A DNA stretch of 64,000 nt from Patescibacteria group bacterium. GTDB taxonomy: Bacteria; Patescibacteriota; Dojkabacteria; J137. The stretch is taken from NCBI GenBank assembly GCA_963169855.1, contig CAUJCN010000001.1, forward strand, positions 175,645 to 239,644, read 5' to 3'. Below are positions 20,026 through 29,739 of the stretch, one piece after another; the first letter of the stretch is position 1, and each line of letters opens with the position of its first letter. Position numbers and translations under genes: made by a program. Below the pieces are notes generated by a model. The model saw only the letters and a program-made list of their open reading frames with translations. It was not told the origin of the DNA and did no database searches.

Positions 20026-21104
20026 TCTCTAAGATTCTTGTAAATTATATTCACGCATCCTGCGAATGGGATTGCTAATAACGCTCCTATCGCACTTCCT
20101 GTCAGCGAGAATCCAGCAATAATTACCAAGATTGAAACAATTGGGTTTAAATCAATCGCCTTTCTCATAATCACAGGAACCAAGAATACTCCTTCAATTT
20201 GCTGAATCAGAATAAAGCTGATCAAAATATAAACAATAATTGCAGCAACACTTCCAGTTAAAATTGCTAAAAGAACAGCAAACACCAAAGTAATTGTTGG
20301 ACCTAGGTTTGGTAGTGCCTCTAGAATTGCAGCAATCAGCGAGATAAGCAATGCAAATCTTCCAAGATCGTAATCCTGAACAAATAAGCCAGGAATCGAG
20401 ATAACTATATAAGTTAGTAAACCAACGAAGAACATTAACGCTATCTGCCCCACTAACCAACTACCCAAACCAGTCTTCATCTGAGTGAAAATCTTATTCC
20501 ATTTTTGTCTCTGATTTTCGTTTTTCAGGAAATAATTCACTCCCTCTTCAAAGAAATCTTTCTTTGGAAGAATCATATACAGGGATATGAAAATCACTAA
20601 GAAAATATTCAAAAGTCCTGCTGCTATTCCACCAGCAATCTTTAATCCCGCAGCTCCAACTCCATTAAAATTTCCTAGAAAGTTAGCATCAAAAACCTGA
20701 TTCAATTCAATTTCATTATTCGCAAGCTGATCAATTTTACCCACGACATTCGATACAGGTTCTGATAAAACTGGGAATCTATCATCAACAAAAGATTGAA
20801 TACTGTCTGAATTTAATTCAACATCCTGTAAAGCAGTTCTAACTTCGTTGTAAGTAGCATTCAGAATTAAACTTAAAACAAATGAAGTCAAAGCTATCAA
20901 ACCCATAAAGACAAATGCAATTGCCAAGCCTCGTGGAATCTTCTTTCTTTGAAGATAATCTACAGTTGGTTTCAGTCCAGCAAAAATAATAAATGCTGAG
21001 AAAACAATTATAAATATAGAGTAGACTTCACTAAAAAACAGAACAAAACCTAGAAGTAGAATTCCGATAAGGATGTTTTTGGGAGAGAATAATTCAAATT
21101 GCAT
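20022..21104 (-). CDS. AI-2E family (PerM/UPF0118) transporter-like membrane protein
   Basis: 360 aa, about 8 predicted TM helices with typical AI-2E size/topology. Confidence 0.45.
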   Translation of the reverse strand: MQFELFSPKNILIGILLLGFVLFFSEVYSIFIIVFSAFIIFAGLKPTVDYLQRKKIPRGLAIAFVFMGLIALTSFVLSLILNATYNEVRTALQDVELNSDSIQSFVDDRFPVLSEPVSNVVGKIDQLANNEIELNQVFDANFLGNFNGVGAAGLKIAGGIAAGLLNIFLVIFISLYMILPKKDFFEEGVNYFLKNENQRQKWNKIFTQMKTGLGSWLVGQIALMFFVGLLTYIVISIPGLFVQDYDLGRFALLISLIAAILEALPNLGPTITLVFAVLLAILTGSVAAIIVYILISFILIQQIEGVFLVPVIMRKAIDLNPIVSILVIIAGFSLTGSAIGALLAIPFAGCVNIIYKNLRD

Positions 21105-21199
21105 AAAAATGCGTTAACTAAAGGAATATTACCATGATCTAAAACATCTGAATACCCTACAGATAAACGCTATAGTGAGCGCAAGAATAAATGATGCAT

Positions 21200-21263
21200 G
21201 TTGAAGCACTCGAAATGTTCAACAAAAGAATGAATGATGTCATGGTGAGGCACTCGAACCATC
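21200..21263. repeat. two tandem hairpins of the ATGGT-TCGANNNNCCTC-ACCAT family (left flank of GIY-YIG gene)
   Basis: GTTGAA-GCACTCGAAAT-GTTCAAC and GATGTCATGGTGAGGCACTCGAACCATC. Confidence 0.7.
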
Positions 21264-21569
21264 ATCATTCTTTCTCTCTCCTAGACTATAACGTTGTGCT
21301 AACTTACTAATAAGATCGTAATCGTTTTTAATTAAAGCTTCTTTCTTAGCTCTAGACCACCTCTTAATTTGTTTTTCAAAAGCAATCGCATAATTTATAT
21401 CATTGAATTCAAAAGTGGCACAAACAATAATCGGTCTTCTTTTGTAAGTGTAACAACGATTATTCAATCCATTAGAATGCTCAGAAATTCTTCTATCTAA
21501 ATTATTAGTTACTCCTATATAAAAAGTATCGTCAATACACCTAAGAATATACACATAAAAAGACTTCAT
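21240..21569 (-). CDS. GIY-YIG nuclease family protein (COG2827/YhbQ-like)
   Basis: FYVYILRCIDDTFYIGVTNNLDRRISEH signature. Confidence 0.65.
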   Translation of the reverse strand: MKSFYVYILRCIDDTFYIGVTNNLDRRISEHSNGLNNRCYTYKRRPIIVCATFEFNDINYAIAFEKQIKRWSRAKKEALIKNDYDLISKLAQRYSLGERKNDDGSSASP

Positions 21570-21632
21570 ATTTGAAGAATACTACTAACCTCTGAGAAGT
21601 TCTTTGTCATGAAATACAAATTCCTTCTTTGT

Positions 21633-21657
21633 ACGGTTCGAGAGCCTCACCGTGACA
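21633..21657. repeat. hairpin repeat of same family, inverted relative to 21236-21263 (right flank of GIY-YIG gene)
   Basis: ACGGTTCGAGAGCCTCACCGTGACA; reverse complement matches left copy at 21/23 positions. Confidence 0.7.
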
Positions 21658-21705
21658 AAGTTATAAGCACTCAAATCGGAACTAACTTTGATATAATGCA
21701 TATGT

Positions 21706-23178
21706 ATGACAATTCTAGATACCAAGAACGAAAATTTCCAAACTACAGTAAGGACAGCCCCTAAAAAGCCGGGTTGTTATATGTATAAGGATTCGTCCGG
21801 AACTATTATCTACATTGGCAAAGCAAAGAATCTTTTCAATAGAGTTCGAAGCTATTTTATGAACTACCCCAAGTTAGAAATTAGAATTCAGCAAATGATA
21901 GATCTGGCAGTTGAAGTTGAGTATCTGGTAGTCGATTCTGATGTTGAATCGATAATTCTAGAAACGAATCTAATCAAAAAATACCACCCTAAATACAACA
22001 TTTTGATGAGGGATGATAAAAACTACAGCTGGATTCTTTTTGAGAAACAGATAAAGGGCAAGAATGATTTCCCAAGAATTAGAATTGTAAGAGATAACTC
22101 AGAACCAAATGCAGATTACTTTGGACCTTTTCCATCCAGACTTCCATTAAAAAACATTTTAAGAAGAGCAAGAAAAGTTTTTCCTTATGCGAGTTGTAAC
22201 AGAACAATTGTTCAAGTTTCAAACGATCCACTGCAAGTTGAAACAAACAATAGCATCCCTTGCCTATACTACCATTTAGGACTATGTAGCGCTCCATGTG
22301 CAAGTAAAGAAAATAGAGAAGATTACATGAAAAATTTCAACAACATAAAAAGAATTTTTCAAGGTCAAAAGGGCGAAATCATTAACGAACTTGAAGACAA
22401 AATGAAAATACTTTCTGAATCCAGAGAATACGAAAAAGCCGCTGAAGTTAGAGACAGAATCGATGATATTCAATACGTGACAAAGAGAATCAAAATAGAT
22501 AATAATGTTGATGATATAGTTGTAGCAGGGCTTGTAGAAGCTGCCAGAGAAAATGGAATTAACGAGCTAATTGAAAAATTGAAATTTCCTGCTAGCGTTT
22601 TAAGTAATCACAAAGGTTTTAGAATCGAGTGTTACGACATTAGTAACTTCCAGGGATCGAACCCGGTTGGAGCTATGACAGTAATGATTGATGGTGAATT
22701 GAGAACTGATTTGTACAGAAGATTTAAGATTCAAATCAAAGATACTCCAGATGATTTTGCCATGCATCAAGAAATGCTGGAAAGAAGGCTAAAGTACTTG
22801 ATAGACGATCAGAACAAACTAAAAGACGAATCTTTGAAGCAAATGCCAGATCTAATAATTGTAGATGGAGGAAAAGGTCAATTGAGTTCAACATTCTTAA
22901 TTCTTAAACAATTTGGTTTAGAAAAACGAATTCCAATCGTTGGGTTAGCAAAGAGAGAAGAAGAGATATTCAAACTGAATAATCAATTTGATGTTTCAAA
23001 TAATGAATCTAAAGGTCAGGAAAAAGCAAAAAAATTGTTAGCAAAGTTCGGTAGAGTAATGCTTCCAAGAAGATCCGAGTCTTTATTTATAGTTCAGAGA
23101 ATTAGAGACGAAGCTCATAGATTTGGAATTACATTCCACAGAAAACTGAGAAGTAAAGCAATGAAACTTAATGATTGA
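21706..23178 (+). CDS. uvrC: excinuclease ABC subunit C, short form lacking C-terminal (HhH)2 domain
   Basis: N-terminal GIY-YIG (GCYMYKDSSGTIIYIGKAKNLFNRVRSYF), Cys motif CLYYHLGLCSAPC, UvrBC domain EYEKAAEVRDRIDDIQ, ends shortly after EAHRFGITFHR. Confidence 0.8.
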   Translation: MTILDTKNENFQTTVRTAPKKPGCYMYKDSSGTIIYIGKAKNLFNRVRSYFMNYPKLEIRIQQMIDLAVEVEYLVVDSDVESIILETNLIKKYHPKYNILMRDDKNYSWILFEKQIKGKNDFPRIRIVRDNSEPNADYFGPFPSRLPLKNILRRARKVFPYASCNRTIVQVSNDPLQVETNNSIPCLYYHLGLCSAPCASKENREDYMKNFNNIKRIFQGQKGEIINELEDKMKILSESREYEKAAEVRDRIDDIQYVTKRIKIDNNVDDIVVAGLVEAARENGINELIEKLKFPASVLSNHKGFRIECYDISNFQGSNPVGAMTVMIDGELRTDLYRRFKIQIKDTPDDFAMHQEMLERRLKYLIDDQNKLKDESLKQMPDLIIVDGGKGQLSSTFLILKQFGLEKRIPIVGLAKREEEIFKLNNQFDVSNNESKGQEKAKKLLAKFGRVMLPRRSESLFIVQRIRDEAHRFGITFHRKLRSKAMKLND

Positions 23179-23180
23179 GA

Positions 23181-23771
23181 CTATTTTCGCTTAATCCCAT
23201 TAAACATTCCTCGAAGCATTCGTTCTAGATAGATATCTAGAACAACAAGCATAATCAGAATAAAGATTGAAGAGATGTTTATGACTCCGCTAGGTATCGT
23301 TATTCCAGAGAATATTCCTTGAGTCCAATCTGTAGAAGAATAGACGAATTGTATGAACCCCGGAGCCGAACTTCTTGGGAATAGTCCAAAAGCATCAATA
23401 ATAATTCTGAAGAAAATTAGGAATTCTACAATCTTTAGTAATCCGTCCAACAAGTTTACAAAAATATCTTCAACACTTTCGTATAAGAAAGATGTAAGAA
23501 CTTCCGAAACACCTACTCCAATAAAAATATAGATAAGAATGGCGATTAACGCGTCAAAGTTTAATTGTGCAACTACGGAAGCAATTGAAATCGGAACAGC
23601 TCCGACAAATGGTTCTAAAAAGAAACTACTTACAGAAAAGAAAAAAGAAACTAAAAAGTTTCCTGTGCTTGCGTTTAAAAGCTCTAATAAAATTCTAAAA
23701 ACAAGAAAAACAACTATAACTCCAGTTATTCCTAATATTATTGATCTTAATCGTGTTCTTAGGTCTTCCAT
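23181..23771 (-). CDS. polytopic membrane protein (YggT-like?)
   Basis: 196 aa with 4-5 TM helices. Confidence 0.4.
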   Translation of the reverse strand: MEDLRTRLRSIILGITGVIVVFLVFRILLELLNASTGNFLVSFFFSVSSFFLEPFVGAVPISIASVVAQLNFDALIAILIYIFIGVGVSEVLTSFLYESVEDIFVNLLDGLLKIVEFLIFFRIIIDAFGLFPRSSAPGFIQFVYSSTDWTQGIFSGITIPSGVINISSIFILIMLVVLDIYLERMLRGMFNGIKRK

Positions 23772-24027
23772 ATATCTAGTATTTTAACAGAAAAAGTTGC
23801 GACTGTAAGCGTAGCCACTCTAAGTTACATCTAAAGAAAAGATTTAAAGGCTTGAAGATCAAAGGTTCTAAAACGAAAAGATGAGAAGAATTTAAGGTTC
23901 AAAGATTAAAACCTAAAACCTGAAAGCTGAAAACACAGGATCTACATCCTAAACCTTCTCCTTCACCTTTTCCTCTTCCTTTTATCATTTGATCTTTACC
24001 TTTAACTCCTTTATATTGTTATTAGGT

Positions 24028-26526
24028 ATGAATTTTACGCTTAAAAAACGACAAAAATTTCTGGTTTTATTCTCATTCCTTTTTCTATACCTATTCACAC
24101 CTGTCAGTAATGTTTTTGCGTTGTCTGGACCAACAGAAGATGTGATTTTTGGAGTAACCCCGGGAGTAGTTAATCAGGTTAAATACGGCTGTACAGTTGA
24201 TAGTTTAAAAGGAGCTGGAGGAGGATTTGTTACCTCTGTGTCTAAACTTGTTGGAGCAGATTTTGCAGATTTGAAGTGTGCCTTAGAAACTGGAGCATTA
24301 GATTTGAATCAAGATGGAACAGGATACATTTTTACTCCAAGCTCTGGTAATCCAAACAATTCACTTTTAGGACTAGCTGTTTCTGCTTCTCAAATGATGA
24401 TTACAGAAAAGCCAGCAAGTGGAATGGATTTCATTCAAGATAAAGTATACGCATTAACTCATATAGGAACTGTTTCTGCACAAGACCCCGCTACTTACTA
24501 CCCTGGGACAGGATCAGATTTATTGAGACCTATTCAATCTTTCTGGGGATGGTCTGTAAATTTCGTTTTCTCATTCTTGGTTCTATTAATTCTTGCTATA
24601 GCATTCGCAATTATTTTCAGATCTAGATTAGGAGGGAAAGCTGACATTACAATTCAAAATTCAATCCCTAACATTGCATTGGCATTGATTCTAGTTCCGC
24701 TAAGTTATGCAATTTCAGGATTATTTATCGACGCAGTTACTTTGGGAACCAATGCTGTTCACGGATTCTTAATTGGCCCAGGAGCGCCTGGAAGTCAGGT
24801 TTATCAAACTAGAAACGACGATGGAAGTTGTGTTCCTTACAATCCAAACGATGTTACAACCGAAAATTGCGATAGAGGGTTGTATGTAGATGATGACAGA
24901 ATTAACATTTGGAATGTTAGAGGAAAGATCAGCATTGGCGAAGAAATTGGTAATGCATTAGGATCAACAATCAATGGGGGAACTACTGATGGTGCAGTTG
25001 GAATTATACTTGGATTATTCAGAGCAATCGATTCTGTAATTGGACTTTTAACCGGAGGAACATCTGGGCAATTTGCTTGGCTGGGAAGCATTATTAACTT
25101 TTTTGTTTCGATTCTGACTTTGTGGATCAGTTTAAAGATTGCATGGCAGCTATTTAAGAAATTCCTGACATTCTTGTTATTCCCGATTTTCTCACCTTTC
25201 ATCTTTGCCACAATCGCTTTGCCTGGGAATGGATTGAACGCTGTTATAAATTACGCAAAGATAATGGGGGCAGCGTCTCTAAATTTCATAGCAACCTACG
25301 CGATGTTTATTCTAACTTTAGTATTCACAAGTGAAGGATTCCAGTCACAGTTCCCAGATATAAGAACATCGGGATATATACCTCCTTTGTTAGGACTAGA
25401 ATCTATACTTGCAAGCGGAACCGATACCCAGCTAACAGGAATTACTGCATTGGTACTAACTCTTGTTGGAATTGGTATTTTCTTCAATATTCCAAATACT
25501 TTGAATAATATCGACAAGGCACTCGGAGCAGATAAAATCATACTTCCACAATTCGCAACAGATGCATTTGCAAGTATGAAGGAAAGTTTTGGTGCGACAT
25601 ATGGATTGGCGAGCAGAGGAGTTGGTCTTACAAGAACTACAGTTCAAGGTGGAATTAATTCTGTAAAAGCACTTCAAGATGGAAAAGGTTTGGTAAATAG
25701 GTGGAGAGCTAGAAGTCAACTGGCTTATGATAAAGATTTAGGATTAAATCCTTCTGACAAAGGTTCTGCTAGAAATGCGAAGTATGTAGAATTGAACAAG
25801 AAGAGACAGGGTGCTAATGCTGATATCGAAAGAGGACGAAAACTTTTGAACAATCCTAATGCAACCGCAGCACAAAAAGCTGAAGGTGAACAATTGATCC
25901 AAAATGGTCAAAAACAAATGAATAAAATTCAAAAAGAAGCTGAATTATTTGATATCAAAGGATTCTACGGAGACGATGTTAAAGCTCCATCTCTTAAGGT
26001 ATCGTTTGATTTTGAAGATGTATTTAAAGGTCCTTTCAACAGATCAGCTTTACGAACACTTAAAGCCCAAGGGCCTCAGGATATTGAACTTGGTAAAATT
26101 GTATTCGAAGCTGAAGAGTTTGAGTTTGATAATAGCTTTGAAATTAAGGCGTATAAGGCAGGAACTCCTACAGAAGCGGATCCAGCTGGACCTCCCGAAG
26201 GAGCAGCTATTAATATTAGCAATGACTCATTAGTTAGTTCTAATATTTTCTTATCTGATTTCGGAACAGAAGATAAACTTCCAACTTATGCATCTTTAGT
26301 ATTAAAAGCTAAAAGAGTTGATGTTACTAAACCGAAGGAAATTAAAATTACAGCTCTTCTACGAGTTAAGGATGCCAAATTCTTTGGGGATGTTGCTGGA
26401 TCGACAGATCCTAATGTATTGAGACCTTTGTGGTCTGTGGCTTTACTAAAGAAGTTTAGATTTAGTTATAACGACTTACTATCTGGAAGGTTTAACGTAA
26501 CATTAACAGCAGGTTCAGGTAATTAA
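24028..26526 (+). CDS. large surface protein: signal peptide, extracellular Cys-containing domain, polytopic TM core, long coiled-coil/Lys-rich tail
   Basis: ATG at 24028 after AGGT; MNFTLKKRQKFLVLFSFLFLYLF signal; 6-8 TM helices between aa about 190-520; ORF track lists TTG 23989. Confidence 0.5.
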   Translation: MNFTLKKRQKFLVLFSFLFLYLFTPVSNVFALSGPTEDVIFGVTPGVVNQVKYGCTVDSLKGAGGGFVTSVSKLVGADFADLKCALETGALDLNQDGTGYIFTPSSGNPNNSLLGLAVSASQMMITEKPASGMDFIQDKVYALTHIGTVSAQDPATYYPGTGSDLLRPIQSFWGWSVNFVFSFLVLLILAIAFAIIFRSRLGGKADITIQNSIPNIALALILVPLSYAISGLFIDAVTLGTNAVHGFLIGPGAPGSQVYQTRNDDGSCVPYNPNDVTTENCDRGLYVDDDRINIWNVRGKISIGEEIGNALGSTINGGTTDGAVGIILGLFRAIDSVIGLLTGGTSGQFAWLGSIINFFVSILTLWISLKIAWQLFKKFLTFLLFPIFSPFIFATIALPGNGLNAVINYAKIMGAASLNFIATYAMFILTLVFTSEGFQSQFPDIRTSGYIPPLLGLESILASGTDTQLTGITALVLTLVGIGIFFNIPNTLNNIDKALGADKIILPQFATDAFASMKESFGATYGLASRGVGLTRTTVQGGINSVKALQDGKGLVNRWRARSQLAYDKDLGLNPSDKGSARNAKYVELNKKRQGANADIERGRKLLNNPNATAAQKAEGEQLIQNGQKQMNKIQKEAELFDIKGFYGDDVKAPSLKVSFDFEDVFKGPFNRSALRTLKAQGPQDIELGKIVFEAEEFEFDNSFEIKAYKAGTPTEADPAGPPEGAAINISNDSLVSSNIFLSDFGTEDKLPTYASLVLKAKRVDVTKPKEIKITALLRVKDAKFFGDVAGSTDPNVLRPLWSVALLKKFRFSYNDLLSGRFNVTLTAGSGN

Positions 26527-26529
26527 TCA

Positions 26530-29500
26530 CTAAACATCTCTTCCTAGAACTGCTTTTCCGTATTCAACCCGGTCTTCAGATTCTCTTAATCTCTTTCCGC
26601 CTCTGTTTAATTTTGATCGAGCATAGATCAATCTTAAAGTTCTGGATTTATCATCAAAGACTGCAGGATCGAATCTTTCTGTTCTAATTTCTTGAATTAC
26701 CTTATTTCGCTCTTTAGCAATCGATCCAGAAGAAAGCGAGTTCAATTGTGAGAGGTAGAATTTCTGACGAGTTTTATAGTCATTAAATAGTTGTGCAATT
26801 TTTCTTCGCAACTCTACAGTATCAGATGTTGAGTTAGCTAAGTCCGTACCTTTTTCTTTTCTAGTTAAGAATGAATTCACCTGAGAAATTCTGACTTTTA
26901 CAGATGTTGTTGCATTAGCATAGTCATTTAAATTTCCTAAGAATAAGTGGATGAAATGAGCGAACACACTTGGGTCAAAAGCAAACGTCATTCCCTGCCA
27001 TCCAAAAACTTTCATCTTTGTATTAATCACTTTATTGTAAAACTTTTGTCCAACTGATCTTATTTGCGACAAAATTGTTCTTTGATATTCAGGAGATAAG
27101 GAAGAAATACCTAGTAATGCAATGACTTCTTGTGCATTCGTAGTTGCTGGATTCTGCAGATCTGCAAACAACGATTTATCTAGGAATGCATCTTGGATAT
27201 TTTGAGAATTCATCATGATATAAAGTATATCTTGTAGTCTTTGAGCATCTACTGGAGATTGAAGGAACATATTTCCTATATCTTGTGCCTGATTTATTAA
27301 TTCTCGTGGATTGTATAAACCTGAATCTGTCATGATGTCTTGGTCCAAAAAGTTTTCGATAGATTTCTCATTTACTTGCTCATCCATTACTTGAAGCATC
27401 TTTATTTTGTTTGCTTTATAAAGATTAAGAGCTCTTGGATCATCAATTATTTCTTCTGGAATTCCAAGCATACTCTCTGGTGGCAAACTTCCATTTGCTT
27501 TTACATATCTACTTCTGATTTTTCGATCGGAAATTCCTTCATCTTTCTGCAAAGCTCTACCAACTGCGTGATCGTATTGACCCTTGAAGTTCGAATTATT
27601 AATAAGCATTTGTGCTGTTGCAACAACCTTTCCTAAAGATTTTGCAGTCTCTACAACTTTATCTGAATCTATTGTGTACATTGCAAGTGTCGATAGTTCA
27701 GCTGCATCTGCAGAATCGTCGTTACCTTCCGCGTTCTTAGTAAATGTTTGTTTCTCTAAAAGTAATGTATCAATCATTGATTGGTTTATTCCTGCACGTT
27801 TAGCAGCACCGTAAAGTCTATCTAGGTAAGAAATAATTCCTCTTGTATTTGGCGAGTAGTCCAGATCAAGAAAATTGTTTAAACCATTGATTGGATTGAG
27901 TTTAGATGAAAGTGTTTGTCTTTCAACGCTTCCTTCTAATCCTTTTAACTTCTTTTTATCCTGACCTTTATACATCTTCAAAGTTGAAGCTAATCCTGCT
28001 TTATCTTGGCCTCCAAAAAAGAAGAAACCTCCTTGCACAAGATCCTCCATTAATCCTTTATCTACATTGTGTAATTGTTGGAAAAGAGTTCCTAGATTCG
28101 CAAACTTCGGTTGCAGAGAACCAGTATTTACATCCACTACTTGTTGATGAGCTTTATTTAATGGTTCGAAATATTTTAGTGATTCATTAATTTCACCACC
28201 TGATGCAAACGGAGGAAGACCCATATAGCTATAAACCTCTATATCCACTCTTTCAATTCCAGCAGAAGTCCGCATCTCTGTAAACAATTTCGTTAAACTT
28301 TCGCCATCTTTGTTTAAAGACTCTTTTAAAGATGTAAACTCTTCTTCAGTTAATGTCCCTAAAGTTTTTCCAAGCATAGTTTCAATTTCGTCTGCGAGGA
28401 ACGGATTTGTTGCTTTTGCCTTTGCAAAAGAAGTAGAGGAATCGATTAGAAGAATAATGTTTGGTTTTAAATCTTCCGCAGGTTGGGAAACGAATTGTAA
28501 AAAGAATTTTTTCTGAATTCGTTCTAATGCACCAGTTGGGTAAGAGATAATATCAACAACCTTCTGCAAATCTCCCTCAAAAAGATTAATTAGATTTGTA
28601 ACTGGAGAATCACCAGTAAGCGAACCTCTTACATCTGCTTCAATAGCTCTTGCAATATCGCTCACAGGCATGCCATTACCTTTTCGTTCAGCAATATATT
28701 TAACTTCTTGCGCAAGTGTTTTTACAGATACAGCACTTCCTGGGAACAATCGTTTCAACTCAATTGCTTTGTGCATACTAATTCTTTCAGTTGTTTCTCT
28801 ATCTTTTTTAGCAAGCTGGACTTCTGTATTTATTGTATCTACCATTGATTGAGCTTTTTGGTATGCAGAATCAAAATCACCCACAATATCAAAATCTGTC
28901 ATTTTACCTCTTGCCAGAACTGCTGCAATGTTCGGAGGAAATATAGCATTCAAGTTTAATGGAGCGTTAGGATTAGTCATTTTTTCTTGTAATCCTGTAG
29001 CAATGATATTTTCAAGGTTAGAATTTACCAACTTCTGATCTGCTTCATTCAAGTTAGCTTTTGCTCTGGCTGAGAGTACTTCTGCTTTTATTTCTAGATA
29101 TGATCGAAATTCAGGGGAATTCGGACCAAATGAAGTAGGGTTCTTTGTGTAATCTAAAGCACTTTGTAATTGAGGATACTTTTCTGGAGGAACAGAAACT
29201 TCTCCACCAGTTAAAGCAAACTCTGTTGCCTTATTTAGCAGATCTGCATTCATATCAATAGAATCGAATAACTCTCGATTTTCTCGGATGAACTTTACAG
29301 GGTCTTTTCTTAACTTTGCGGCTTCTTTCTTTTCTTTGCCAAGTGCTTTTTCATTTCTAACTTTCTGAGTTAGGATGTACCATAAAGCCCCTGTGTATTT
29401 TGCTAAGTTCTCTGGTAATTGCCATGTCAGCTTGTATAGAGAATGGAATTTATCGATGTAACTTAATACTTTTGGTTCTCCAAAACCTCTTGCCCAATCA

Positions 29501-29739
29501 TCAAAAGCTCTCACTAACTTTACAGGTCCACCTAGTGTTTCAATCTCTTTATACTTTTCCTTATCAAAAGCCTTATCGATCCATTTGCTAATATCGCCCA
29601 TGCCATCAACAAGTGCGTCTCTACCGTCTCCAACACTTCTCCAAAATCCTAATTTTTTAACAGTTCGATTACCGTTATTTAAACGGTTTTCAAATCTGCT
29701 ATCTGCTAAATCTCTAGTTACATCAGGCGCGGCTTTCAT
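26530..29739 (-). CDS. large (1069 aa) soluble hypothetical protein, translationally coupled to P-type ATPase
   Basis: 17-bp overlap with upstream ATPase gene; no TM, no Walker A. Confidence 0.5.
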   Translation of the reverse strand: MKAAPDVTRDLADSRFENRLNNGNRTVKKLGFWRSVGDGRDALVDGMGDISKWIDKAFDKEKYKEIETLGGPVKLVRAFDDWARGFGEPKVLSYIDKFHSLYKLTWQLPENLAKYTGALWYILTQKVRNEKALGKEKKEAAKLRKDPVKFIRENRELFDSIDMNADLLNKATEFALTGGEVSVPPEKYPQLQSALDYTKNPTSFGPNSPEFRSYLEIKAEVLSARAKANLNEADQKLVNSNLENIIATGLQEKMTNPNAPLNLNAIFPPNIAAVLARGKMTDFDIVGDFDSAYQKAQSMVDTINTEVQLAKKDRETTERISMHKAIELKRLFPGSAVSVKTLAQEVKYIAERKGNGMPVSDIARAIEADVRGSLTGDSPVTNLINLFEGDLQKVVDIISYPTGALERIQKKFFLQFVSQPAEDLKPNIILLIDSSTSFAKAKATNPFLADEIETMLGKTLGTLTEEEFTSLKESLNKDGESLTKLFTEMRTSAGIERVDIEVYSYMGLPPFASGGEINESLKYFEPLNKAHQQVVDVNTGSLQPKFANLGTLFQQLHNVDKGLMEDLVQGGFFFFGGQDKAGLASTLKMYKGQDKKKLKGLEGSVERQTLSSKLNPINGLNNFLDLDYSPNTRGIISYLDRLYGAAKRAGINQSMIDTLLLEKQTFTKNAEGNDDSADAAELSTLAMYTIDSDKVVETAKSLGKVVATAQMLINNSNFKGQYDHAVGRALQKDEGISDRKIRSRYVKANGSLPPESMLGIPEEIIDDPRALNLYKANKIKMLQVMDEQVNEKSIENFLDQDIMTDSGLYNPRELINQAQDIGNMFLQSPVDAQRLQDILYIMMNSQNIQDAFLDKSLFADLQNPATTNAQEVIALLGISSLSPEYQRTILSQIRSVGQKFYNKVINTKMKVFGWQGMTFAFDPSVFAHFIHLFLGNLNDYANATTSVKVRISQVNSFLTRKEKGTDLANSTSDTVELRRKIAQLFNDYKTRQKFYLSQLNSLSSGSIAKERNKVIQEIRTERFDPAVFDDKSRTLRLIYARSKLNRGGKRLRESEDRVEYGKAVLGRDV

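Noticed and set aside
23780-23990. Purine-rich AAAGR/CAAAG word clusters in intergenic spacers (also 10780-10850, 57640-57760, 61900-62030, 62140-62240) as a specific repeat element
   Set aside because: These are low-complexity AT-rich spacer sequences with recurring short words (GATCTTT, TCAAAG) but no alignable unit. They are probably generic promoter or UP-like composition.
24028-26526. 845-aa polytopic protein called as a VirB6/TrbL type IV secretion component
   Set aside because: Only the topology is reminiscent. There is no adjacent VirB4/VirD4/relaxase and no recognisable sequence motif.
26530-29739. 1069-aa protein as a VirB4-like or other ATPase of a secretion system
   Set aside because: It has no Walker A or B motifs and no TM segments; an ATPase role cannot be supported.
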